Assembly: GCA_903896505.1 (NCBI GenBank)
Contig: CAITXU010000002.1
Coordinates: 13,500 to 77,499, forward strand
Origin: an uncultured Verrucomicrobiota bacterium
Lineage (GTDB): Bacteria; Verrucomicrobiota; Verrucomicrobiia; Limisphaerales; UBA9464
Direction: 5' to 3'
DNA: 64,000 bases
The notes under the pieces are model-generated. The model had not been told where the DNA came from, did not search any database, and saw only the letters and a list, made by a program, of their open reading frames with translations. Position numbers and translations under genes: made by a program. Positions within the stretch are counted from its first letter, which is position 1. Every line of letters starts with the position of its first letter. Positions 27,213 to 35,200 of this stretch are shown in pieces.

Positions 27213-29609
27213 GTGAACGTCATTCCCTCCCTTTTCATTGTCGCCCCGCTGCTGGGTGCTGTTGCACTGGCGCAAGACCCGGTTCCTCCTGCTGCGACAG
27301 TCCCTCCAGCCTCAGCCAGTCCGGCCGCTGCACCCACGAATGCCGTGCGTCCAACTATTGGCCCCAACGTTCCTGGCCCCGGTATCGCTCCCCGCCGTCC
27401 TTCTCCCGTCAATCTGCCGGGTGCCCGGCCCCTGGGGGCCTCCGCGACCAATGGTGTAGCCGGGCCCGCGGCATTTCCTGGTGCCGCCCGCCCTGGGACC
27501 CCGGGGCGTGTTGGAGCACCCACAGCTCAACCACCGGCCAATGATCCGCCTGCGGCCGCAGCCAATCCCACCGGGGATGGAACAACTCCAGCCGCCACCG
27601 ATGATGATCCCAATGCAGACGGGCAGGACATCATTGAATTCCGCAAGATGGACCTGAACCAATTTCTGGACCAGTACTCGGAGGTGGCCAAAAAGACGGT
27701 TTTGCGGGGGCAGGGACTGCCAACGCCGCAAATTGATTTCAAGCCGGTCACCAGCCTCAGCCATGACGAATTAATCCAGATATTTGACACAATTCTGGCG
27801 CTCAACGGAGTGACCATCGTTCCCACCAGCGAAAAGGTGGTGCTGGCGGTTCCTACGGCCCAGGCCAGTCAAGAGGGTGAGCCGTTCAGCAAAATCACCA
27901 GCTCGACGAATTATCCGGAAGCCAGTGTGTATACGACGCACATTGTTCAGGTGAAACACATGGCGGTTGAGGAGGCCGCTGACCTCTGCCGACAATTCGC
28001 AAAAAATCAGAATGGAATTATCGGTCTGCAGTCCGCCAAGACGCTCGTCATTCGGGACTACGCCATCAACGTCAAGCGGATGCTCGAAATGCTGGCCAAG
28101 GTCGATGTCGTTCCTGAGCAAACCTACGAACTGGAGGTCATCCCCATCAAATACGGACGGGTCGAAGACATTTATTCAACGATGAGCGCGGTCATCGGGG
28201 GCGGCGGTGGCGCTGGATTTGGCGGGGCGGGCGGCGTGGGGATGGGGCGCACCGGTACAGGCGGTGGCTTTGGCGGCGGGGGCGGTTTTGGACGAGGCGG
28301 CTTGGGGACATCGGGTGGGGTTCGGACGGGTGGTCTCGGAGGGGGCTATGGAACCGGTGGGTATGGTGGAGGCTATGGCACTGGAGGTTATGGTACCGGA
28401 GGAGGCGGTTACGGGACCTATTCCAACGAAGGGTTCACTCCGGTGGGACCTTCCGAATCCGGTGCCATGAGTCCGATGCAGGCCGCGCCCGCTGTCCGGA
28501 CAACGCCTGGGGCTCCCGCGGGTGGTGGAACCTTTGGCCAGCGGTACAATTCAGCCAATCGCACCGGGGCGGGACAACGGGGCGATGTAGAACCGTTGGT
28601 GGGCGATGCCCAAATCACACCCGACATGCGCGGCAATTCCCTGATCGTCTATGCCAATAAGAAGGACATGGCGACCATCAAGAGGGTGCTTGAGAAAGTG
28701 GACACCTTGCTTCCTCAGGTTCTGATCGAGGGGGTGATTATGACCGTGGATTTGTCCAAGGGACTCGATTGGTCGGCCAGTGCGGGTCAAAGTCCCAAGA
28801 CTTTTAACAGTAGTCCCAAGGTCGTCGGCGGTGGAGTGGTGAACAATCCGAGCAAGACCACGCCGCTGAATTCACTGAGTTTCCTGACCAGTGCCGCCAC
28901 CAATTTTCCTGCGTCCAACGGCTTTGGCTATGTGGCTCAAATCGGCAAGAACTGGAATGCCGTCATCAATGCGGCCGCCAGCGATTCGCGTACGGAGATC
29001 ATCCAACGGCCCCGGATCATTACCTCGCATGCCACGCAGGCCGAATTCTTCGTGGGCGATTCCATTCCCTACCGGCAGGGCGGCTACAGCTACGGAGGTT
29101 CGGAGAGTTATACTTATTCTTCGCTTCCCGTCGGTATCCGGCTGTCGGTGCAGCCGTACATCACCCCGGACGGATTGGTGGTCATGCAGGTTCAGCAGTC
29201 CATCGACAGCGTGGTGGGAACCGTCGACACATCCACGGGCGTTCCGCCCCAGACCTCGCAAAAAAGCGCGAATTCCGTGGTTTCGGTCATGAGCGGCGAT
29301 GCCATTCTCCTGGGCGGCTATATCAACAATCAGCGGGGCCGGGCCAGCTCCGGGGTTCCATTCCTGAAAGACGTTCCGCTCCTGGGATACTTGTTCAAGA
29401 CGGACAATCAATCCTCATCCAAGAGTGAGTTGATGGTTTTGATTCGCCCGACCGTACTCGTCAGTCCCCGCGAGGCGGCGAAACTGGCCGAACGCCAACA
29501 GCATGAGAGTGGGGACATTCGGGAGTTGGAAATCAACTTTGAGAATCAGGAAAAGGCCTCGCGTGAAAAGGCGGCCAAGCTGGATAAAAAGAGTGGCTGG
29601 AAAAAATAG
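27213..29609 (+). CDS. Secretin (GspD/PilQ family) with Pro/Ala-rich N-terminal linker and internal Gly-rich insert
   Basis: N-domains 'DFKPVTSLSHDELIQIFDTILALNGVTIV' and 'NSLIVYANKKDMATIKRVLEKVD' precede the secretin core. The core reads 'TEIIQRPRIITSHATQAEFFVGDSIPY' ... 'GVPFLKDVPLLGYLFK...SELMVLIRPTVL'. The start is GTG. Confidence 0.9.
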   Translation: MNVIPSLFIVAPLLGAVALAQDPVPPAATVPPASASPAAAPTNAVRPTIGPNVPGPGIAPRRPSPVNLPGARPLGASATNGVAGPAAFPGAARPGTPGRVGAPTAQPPANDPPAAAANPTGDGTTPAATDDDPNADGQDIIEFRKMDLNQFLDQYSEVAKKTVLRGQGLPTPQIDFKPVTSLSHDELIQIFDTILALNGVTIVPTSEKVVLAVPTAQASQEGEPFSKITSSTNYPEASVYTTHIVQVKHMAVEEAADLCRQFAKNQNGIIGLQSAKTLVIRDYAINVKRMLEMLAKVDVVPEQTYELEVIPIKYGRVEDIYSTMSAVIGGGGGAGFGGAGGVGMGRTGTGGGFGGGGGFGRGGLGTSGGVRTGGLGGGYGTGGYGGGYGTGGYGTGGGGYGTYSNEGFTPVGPSESGAMSPMQAAPAVRTTPGAPAGGGTFGQRYNSANRTGAGQRGDVEPLVGDAQITPDMRGNSLIVYANKKDMATIKRVLEKVDTLLPQVLIEGVIMTVDLSKGLDWSASAGQSPKTFNSSPKVVGGGVVNNPSKTTPLNSLSFLTSAATNFPASNGFGYVAQIGKNWNAVINAAASDSRTEIIQRPRIITSHATQAEFFVGDSIPYRQGGYSYGGSESYTYSSLPVGIRLSVQPYITPDGLVVMQVQQSIDSVVGTVDTSTGVPPQTSQKSANSVVSVMSGDAILLGGYINNQRGRASSGVPFLKDVPLLGYLFKTDNQSSSKSELMVLIRPTVLVSPREAAKLAERQQHESGDIRELEINFENQEKASREKAAKLDKKSGWKK

Positions 29610-29662
29610 TTCTCCGGTCCTGCGGACTGCACATTGGCTTCGCCCGTGCGGAGGTGGGCCTG

Positions 29663-29934
29663 GTGTCGTGTATCCGAAATAGCTTACAGTTTGTTGCGCC
29701 TAAAAGGCCCCAGGGCGCGGCCCGAGGAGGGAGCATACCCGACAGCGGACTGTGACCGACGAGAAACGAAGCCCTGGGGAATTTATGGCGCAACCCGAAG
29801 GGCCGCTGCTCTTTTCGGCCCCCGCTTCGTTGCTCGCTCCTCACAGACCACTGCGGGTATGCTCGTCGCTCGTCGCCTCGCGGGAGCCGAAAATCCCTAG
29901 CGGCAAACTGTAAGCTATTTCGGATACCCCACAC
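29663..29934. repeat. ~270-nt imperfect palindrome (foldback/MITE-like element) with 23-nt perfect terminal inverted repeats
   Basis: TATCCGAAATAGCTTACAGTTTG at 29671-29693 pairs with its exact reverse complement at 29904-29926. Internal arms also pair: GAGCATACCCG...CTGTGA with TCACAG...CGGGTATGCTC, and CGAG.AACGAAGC with GCTTCGTTGCTCG. The element lies between convergent genes. Confidence 0.8.
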
Positions 29935-30087
29935 TAGTCTTTCACCTCCAAAGGCTCGACAGGAGCCTCGCTACCAATGTGGCTAATATCCAATAAGTGA
30001 CATCGATAATTCATAAGGCAATGGTGGGACGAACCTCCTGGTGAGCCGCGGCGGTTCGGATCGCCTCAGATGTCACCCATGGTCGGT

Positions 30088-30591
30088 TCATTGTGCACCT
30101 CCTCCGGCTTCAACGGTTGGAGATCTCCGGTTGAGCCCGATCCGGATGGCCAGTCCAACGAAAACAAGGCCGGCTATAGCTCGAATTCCACTGTGGGCGA
30201 ACACCACGGCACCCTGAAACCACAGAAAAGCAAAGACACCGCGCAAGACGATTCTCGGAGTGGAGTTCTTACTATTTCCGTCCGTGTTCCACCAGCGTAT
30301 GGCGTCAACGCTCCAGAGTGTTAACATGGCGTAATTGATCCAAACGCCTCCACCCCACCGCCATCCGGTGACGGAGGCGGTCTGTTCAGCAGTTGCGACC
30401 ACAGCAGACGAGTGGCTCCAATGATGGTGCCATTGAAACGCCGCGGCCAGGTGGAGACCGAGGGCGGCAACACCCAAGGTCCAAAACAGACGCGCTCGCG
30501 CGGTTTGCCGAAGAATGAGGGCATTCTCGGCACCAGCCCAGAGAGCGAAGGCCGCCCAGGCGGTCCAATGGGCAATGTCGGTGCCGGTCAT
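30088..30591 (-). CDS. Hypothetical integral membrane protein (about 4 TM)
   Basis: Hydrophobic, Trp/His-rich segments are present (AHWTAWAAFALWAG, LGVAALGLHLAAAF, GVFAFLWFQGAVVF, AIAGLVFVGLAI). No family recognised. Confidence 0.5.
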   Translation of the reverse strand: MTGTDIAHWTAWAAFALWAGAENALILRQTARARLFWTLGVAALGLHLAAAFQWHHHWSHSSAVVATAEQTASVTGWRWGGGVWINYAMLTLWSVDAIRWWNTDGNSKNSTPRIVLRGVFAFLWFQGAVVFAHSGIRAIAGLVFVGLAIRIGLNRRSPTVEAGGGAQ

Positions 30592-30687
30592 CTGGAGAGA
30601 CGATAGGAATTCGATTGGCGCAATCCAAGTCGCAGCGGATGACTACGAACGCATTCGGGAACCGTGCCTGCTCGATTTTGACCTTCC

Positions 30688-31476
30688 CTATTCCAAAATT
30701 GGTCCGGCGGCACCCGGGATTGGCAAAAGGTCAAAGAACGGGAGTCTCCGGGCATCCGGAGGTGTGCAGTCGCGATCCAGTTGTGAGCTCCACCATCCGT
30801 AGGCGTTGGGTTCGTCAAGAGGCTGGTTCAGCCTCCGGGTCAGTTCCCCCTGTTCTGCTTCCAACCGATCGTATGTGGGGAAGGTCTGGTAGTAGCTGGT
30901 GTTGAGAGCCCAACGTTGCACACAGGCGTCGGTTTGGGCGATATCGATCCGTCCGGCCAGGTGGGCGACCGCCGTGCGGGCCAGTTGCTGGAGAAACCAG
31001 ACATCAACGGGTTCGAAAACGCCGTCCGCGAGAAACTTCTGTTGCACGCCGAAGACAACGAACTTTTGGGCGAAAGTGAAGGTCGACATTCCCAAGCCCA
31101 TCAGGGACCGGAGCGTGTCTGCCACCGTGACGTCGCCACCGGTATGAGTTCCTCCGGCGCTGGCAAACGCGGTGCCGAGACGTCCCCATAGCTGAAGCCC
31201 GGCTCCGAGTTCCAGGAATCGCCGCAGAAACCATGGGGAACCTTGGGCGTAGGTCGGGGAGGCAATCACGAGGAGGTCTGCGCCTGACAAAAGGGAGTGA
31301 ACCTGCTTCTTGGAGGAGATGGCCGGAAGTGCCCACTGAAAATCGACCGTTGCCTTCAGGCCGCATTCCCGGACAGCGGCGCGGGCGTGCCAGGCAAACG
31401 CCAGCGCGGCGCGGTAGCTGTCGTGGCGGCCGGTGGCCGTGCTCGGTGAAAAATAAAGAATCCGAAGGATCATCAT
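30688..31476 (-). CDS. Flavodoxin-like fold / NAD(P)H-dependent FMN reductase-like protein
   Basis: 'MMILRILYFSPS...SGADLLVIASPTYAQGSPWFLRRFLE' follows the pattern of flavodoxin-like reductases. The start overlaps the upstream stop (ATGA). Confidence 0.5.
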   Translation of the reverse strand: MMILRILYFSPSTATGRHDSYRAALAFAWHARAAVRECGLKATVDFQWALPAISSKKQVHSLLSGADLLVIASPTYAQGSPWFLRRFLELGAGLQLWGRLGTAFASAGGTHTGGDVTVADTLRSLMGLGMSTFTFAQKFVVFGVQQKFLADGVFEPVDVWFLQQLARTAVAHLAGRIDIAQTDACVQRWALNTSYYQTFPTYDRLEAEQGELTRRLNQPLDEPNAYGWWSSQLDRDCTPPDARRLPFFDLLPIPGAAGPILE

Positions 31477-32729
31477 TGGGGGAACACCACGGATGGGTCA
31501 ATTCGGAATTGGCGCCAACCGCCCGCCGGCCATCGCCAGCGACTGACGACCTGTTCCGTCCAATGCTTGTCCATATCGGTGGTTGGCGACGGTTTCACCA
31601 TCATGACAGCAGCCGGATATCCCTCCGGGTTGACGGCCACTACCAAGTCCAGGAGTCGGGGAAAACTGTTTTGTGCCCAGCGGGTCGAAGCCACCAGATC
31701 GGGATAGGCCCCGCCAGGTTGGTGAAAATCAGTACGGATTGAGCTGATCGGGGGCCAGGTGATCATGGTATTGATCAGTGAAAAATCAGTCATTTCAGAT
31801 AGTGAGACGGGCCGCGAAATAACTTTCAGATCGCGGAGGGAGGAAAGCATCCGGGACCAGGTGGACGGGTTCATGGCACCGATTCGGCCAAACCCAGACT
31901 CGAACGTCGCCAGCCGGGCAATTTTTTCGAGGGAACGACGCTGGTATTCACGGTCGAGGTCCGGGGCATATTTTTCGATGACCAGATTGGCCGCCATCTC
32001 GGGCTGCACGAGGGCGGCCTGCCATCCGCTGCGCGACACATCGAGGAATTTCTGAATCGCATCCCGATGCGTTTTCAGCGTGGAGTCACTGGTAAAATAG
32101 ACCTGCGAATAGGCGGTATACCCATGTTCATAATAGGGGATGAAGTTGATGGGCTGTTTTAGCGTCTCCAATTCAACAATCTCGTCGATGAGATAGCCCT
32201 GTACGGCATCGCAGGTGCCATCGAGGAGCGGTTTCAGGTTGTGGTCTTTCTCAATAACCTTGAATTGCTCACGTCGGAAACCGTCGTGGGTGAGAAGGAA
32301 TTCGAGGGCTTTCTGGCCATCGGGATGGATGCCAAGCGTCTTGCCCACGAGGCGGGAAAGATTGGTGTAGCCTTTTGTTTGAAGGCTAACCAAAGCCATC
32401 GGACTGGCTTGGAACATCGTGCCGATGGCCTTGATGGGGGCTCCTTTGGATCGGGCGTTGACCAGGACACCGCTTTCAGAGCACCCAATCCAATTGGTTC
32501 CCGCCACCACCTTTTCGACAACGGTCTGGTTCTGATCCACCGGCAGAAAGGTCACGTCGAGCCCCGCCTCCCGATACCATCCCAGCTCCTGGGCGAGCAA
32601 CAGTCCGGCAAATTGGGAATTAAAATGCCAGTCCAATTGGAAGACCAACTTCGTCAGCGGGGGGGCACCGAAGTTCGTCCAGCCCCAGGCCAGGCTGGCG
32701 AAGAGAGCCATCAGTCGTAGCAGCTTCAT
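31473..32729 (-). CDS. ABC transporter substrate-binding protein, NMT1/THI5-like (NitT/TauT/ThiY class) with ~95-aa C-terminal extension
   Basis: A signal peptide precedes 'LTKLVFQLDWHFNSQFAGLLLAQELGWYREAGLDVTF', which is typical of NMT1/THI5-like binding proteins. I cannot assign the extra C-terminal segment. Confidence 0.75.
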   Translation of the reverse strand: MKLLRLMALFASLAWGWTNFGAPPLTKLVFQLDWHFNSQFAGLLLAQELGWYREAGLDVTFLPVDQNQTVVEKVVAGTNWIGCSESGVLVNARSKGAPIKAIGTMFQASPMALVSLQTKGYTNLSRLVGKTLGIHPDGQKALEFLLTHDGFRREQFKVIEKDHNLKPLLDGTCDAVQGYLIDEIVELETLKQPINFIPYYEHGYTAYSQVYFTSDSTLKTHRDAIQKFLDVSRSGWQAALVQPEMAANLVIEKYAPDLDREYQRRSLEKIARLATFESGFGRIGAMNPSTWSRMLSSLRDLKVISRPVSLSEMTDFSLINTMITWPPISSIRTDFHQPGGAYPDLVASTRWAQNSFPRLLDLVVAVNPEGYPAAVMMVKPSPTTDMDKHWTEQVVSRWRWPAGGWRQFRIDPSVVFPQ

Positions 32730-33562
32730 GGGATGGTTGAAGGAGAGATGAGAGTGACCACCAAACGGGCGGGTGCTGCGGTTGCGTAGCTTCGCTGCAG
32801 TTCCGTCGCAGAGGGAAAAATCTCCCCTCCAACTTCCCGTCCCTCGATCTCAAACTCGAGTCGACTGACTTGGAATGGCCAAGGGGTCAATTGAAAGGTC
32901 CGCGGTGCAGACCGCTGGACCGCGATGGTGGATTTACCCCCGGAATTTAGATTAAAGGCGTGGAGCAGGGTGGCAGGTCCGCCAAAATCGACGCAGGAGA
33001 GCAGGGAAAGATTGTCGCAACCCTGGAGGAGTCGGAAATTGTCAAGGACCCTATCCATCTCGATATCTGCATCATCGAACCGGCCGGTGGCGGCCGCAGC
33101 TGCCCGCAACTCCAATTGTCGTTGCCGCTGCCCGGCGACGAACGTATCGAGGAGGGGCAGTTCAGCGGGCTTGATGGTGCTCCGGTCCGCGTGCTCAGTC
33201 AGAAGATTGCAGGTGTGAAAGGAGATCAGCAGGGCGGCATAAGGGTTGTCCGCCGCCACGACATCGAGGGCACGACCCCGAACCGCAAGGTAATCCGGAA
33301 GGTCGATCTCCTCAAAGGCGGTGTACTTACCCACCAATTCGACGCCGAAAGCACTGGGTTTTCCGGCCCGTGTGATGGAGGGAGCGGAGTCCCGAAGAGC
33401 CCATCCATCGTCATGTCGACGAATGCCCTCCAGAACGTCCGGACGTGGTTCTGGTCGGGCAAAAAGCGAATTGCCCCAAGCTTCGGCAAACTGGCCGGCA
33501 AGGCGGGCGTGATCGGGGTGGCGGATGAGGAACCATCCGGAATCAGTCTGACAACGGAGCAT
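32726..33562 (-). CDS. DUF3891-like protein
   Basis: 'GWFLIRHPDHARLAGQFAEAWGN...GIRRHDDGW' resembles the DUF3891 N-terminal pattern. This is from memory and unverified. ATGA overlap with the SBP gene. Confidence 0.5.
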   Translation of the reverse strand: MLRCQTDSGWFLIRHPDHARLAGQFAEAWGNSLFARPEPRPDVLEGIRRHDDGWALRDSAPSITRAGKPSAFGVELVGKYTAFEEIDLPDYLAVRGRALDVVAADNPYAALLISFHTCNLLTEHADRSTIKPAELPLLDTFVAGQRQRQLELRAAAAATGRFDDADIEMDRVLDNFRLLQGCDNLSLLSCVDFGGPATLLHAFNLNSGGKSTIAVQRSAPRTFQLTPWPFQVSRLEFEIEGREVGGEIFPSATELQRSYATAAPARLVVTLISPSTIP

Positions 33563-33587
33563 AAAGCAATGGGGCGATGGATGCGTC

Positions 33588-34379
33588 TTATTCCATTTGT
33601 GGCTTCATGGCCGCCTCATGCCACTGACGCAAGAGCAGCCACTCAAAGAAGACCACAACGAAAAAGAAAAGAAAACCGAGGGCGCTGGCGGTCAGAACCA
33701 GGGCGAACAGGTAGTCTGTCTGGAGCTGACTGTTGGCGTAAGTGATCGAATAGCCGAGTCCCCCCTGACCGACCGCATTCGAGCTTGCGAATAACTCTCC
33801 GGTAATAGCTCCGATAACCGAAATTCCGCCCGAGATTCGAAGCCCGATGAAAAGGCTGGGAACAGCGTGGGGCAGTCGCAGATCGAGCAGCATCTGCATT
33901 CTTGACGCATTGGACATGACGAACAGGTCCACGAGGTTTCGCGGCACGGAAATCAACCCCTGGGTGGTGTTGGCAATGATTGGGAATAGGCAGATGATGA
34001 AGGCGACCAGCATGACGCTACGGGTTCCGGAGCCGAACCACATCAGAATGAGTGGGGCGATGGCGACGATGGGGACGGTTTGGAGCAGGATGGTGTAGGG
34101 ATAAAGCGAACGTCGGATGGCGGCCGACTGGGCAAAAAACAGTGCGATAATAATGCCTGCTGCAATGCTCAGGACATACCCTCCCGCTGCTTCGAAAGCC
34201 GTGACGCGAAACGCAAACCAAAGATTTTCCCGACGTTCAATGACGGCGTTGAGGACGGCGATCGGTCCAGGAAGGATGTAGGGGGGAATTTTGAAGAGTT
34301 GGCAGGCACCCGCCCATCCGAAGATGACCGCCAGGAAAACCGCCACGGGCCAGGCCCAGGTTCGGAAAAAGGCATTCAT
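33588..34379 (-). CDS. ABC transporter permease (NitT/TauT-type, BPD_transp_1)
   Basis: Six TM segments and an EAA-like loop region 'FAQSAAIRRSLYPYTILLQTVPIVAIAPL'. ATGA overlap with the ATPase gene. Confidence 0.85.
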   Translation of the reverse strand: MNAFFRTWAWPVAVFLAVIFGWAGACQLFKIPPYILPGPIAVLNAVIERRENLWFAFRVTAFEAAGGYVLSIAAGIIIALFFAQSAAIRRSLYPYTILLQTVPIVAIAPLILMWFGSGTRSVMLVAFIICLFPIIANTTQGLISVPRNLVDLFVMSNASRMQMLLDLRLPHAVPSLFIGLRISGGISVIGAITGELFASSNAVGQGGLGYSITYANSQLQTDYLFALVLTASALGFLFFFVVVFFEWLLLRQWHEAAMKPQME

Positions 34380-35200
34380 TTTTGTGATTTCACCGCACGC
34401 AAAGCCGAACTGACTTCCCCGACGAGCGCCAGGAACTCCGGAGCGCTTCGGAGCGAGGCCGACCGTGGATTTGGAAAAGGCACCTGAATTTCCCGGTGAA
34501 TCTGACCTGGATTGGCTTTCAGAACCATGATGCGGTTGGACAGAAAAACCGCCTCGGAAACGCTATGGGTGACGAAAAAGGTGGTGAACTTGTCCACCTC
34601 CCGCAGCCGGAGGACTTCCTCATTCAAGAAATCCCGGGTCATTTCATCCAATGCACCAAACGGTTCATCCATTAATAGGATTTTAGGTCGAATGGCGAGT
34701 GCCCGGGCGATGGAAACCCGCATCTTCATTCCTCCGCTGAGTTGACGCGGGTAATGGTCGGCCACGGACTGCAACCCGACCAGTTTCAAAAGTTCGCGTG
34801 CCTTGGCAGCACGGTTGCCGCGGGTCTCCCCCCCTTGAAGCTCCAGTCCTAGTTCGACATTGCGGCTGACCGTCCGCCAGGGCAGCAGGGTGGCGTCCTG
34901 AAAGATGAAGGACATGATTTCACGGGCATTTTCGGGAATCATTCCATCAATTTGAATGAATCCAGAACTCATCGGGCTCAGGCCGGAAATCAGGCGCAAT
35001 AAAGTGGACTTGCCACAACCGCTCGGCCCAATCAGGGAAATGAAGTCGCCTTTCGCCACATCGAGTTGAACCTGACTCAATACAGTGGTGCCGTTGGGCC
35101 AGGTTTTGGTCACGTCACGAATCGTAATGAAGGGAGGTCCCGGGAAAGGGAGGGCCGTTTGCCCTTCGGCTGGAGCGGAAACCGTTTGCGGGTTGGTCAT
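34376..35200 (-). CDS. ABC transporter ATP-binding protein (NitT/TauT-type)
   Basis: 'GPSGCGKSTLL', 'LSGGMKMRVSIARAL' and 'LLMDEPFGALD' are present. I chose the ATG at 35200 (MTNPQTV...), which forms an ATGA overlap with the upstream stop. Confidence 0.9.
   Translation of the reverse strand: MTNPQTVSAPAEGQTALPFPGPPFITIRDVTKTWPNGTTVLSQVQLDVAKGDFISLIGPSGCGKSTLLRLISGLSPMSSGFIQIDGMIPENAREIMSFIFQDATLLPWRTVSRNVELGLELQGGETRGNRAAKARELLKLVGLQSVADHYPRQLSGGMKMRVSIARALAIRPKILLMDEPFGALDEMTRDFLNEEVLRLREVDKFTTFFVTHSVSEAVFLSNRIMVLKANPGQIHREIQVPFPNPRSASLRSAPEFLALVGEVSSALRAVKSQK

Noticed and set aside
29533-29934. ORFs on both strands (29533-29934 minus, 29634-29900 plus) downstream of the secretin gene.
   Set aside because: They lie inside a ~270-nt palindrome and mirror each other. 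The products are Arg/Pro-rich with no family features. I interpret this as a repeat element, not genes.
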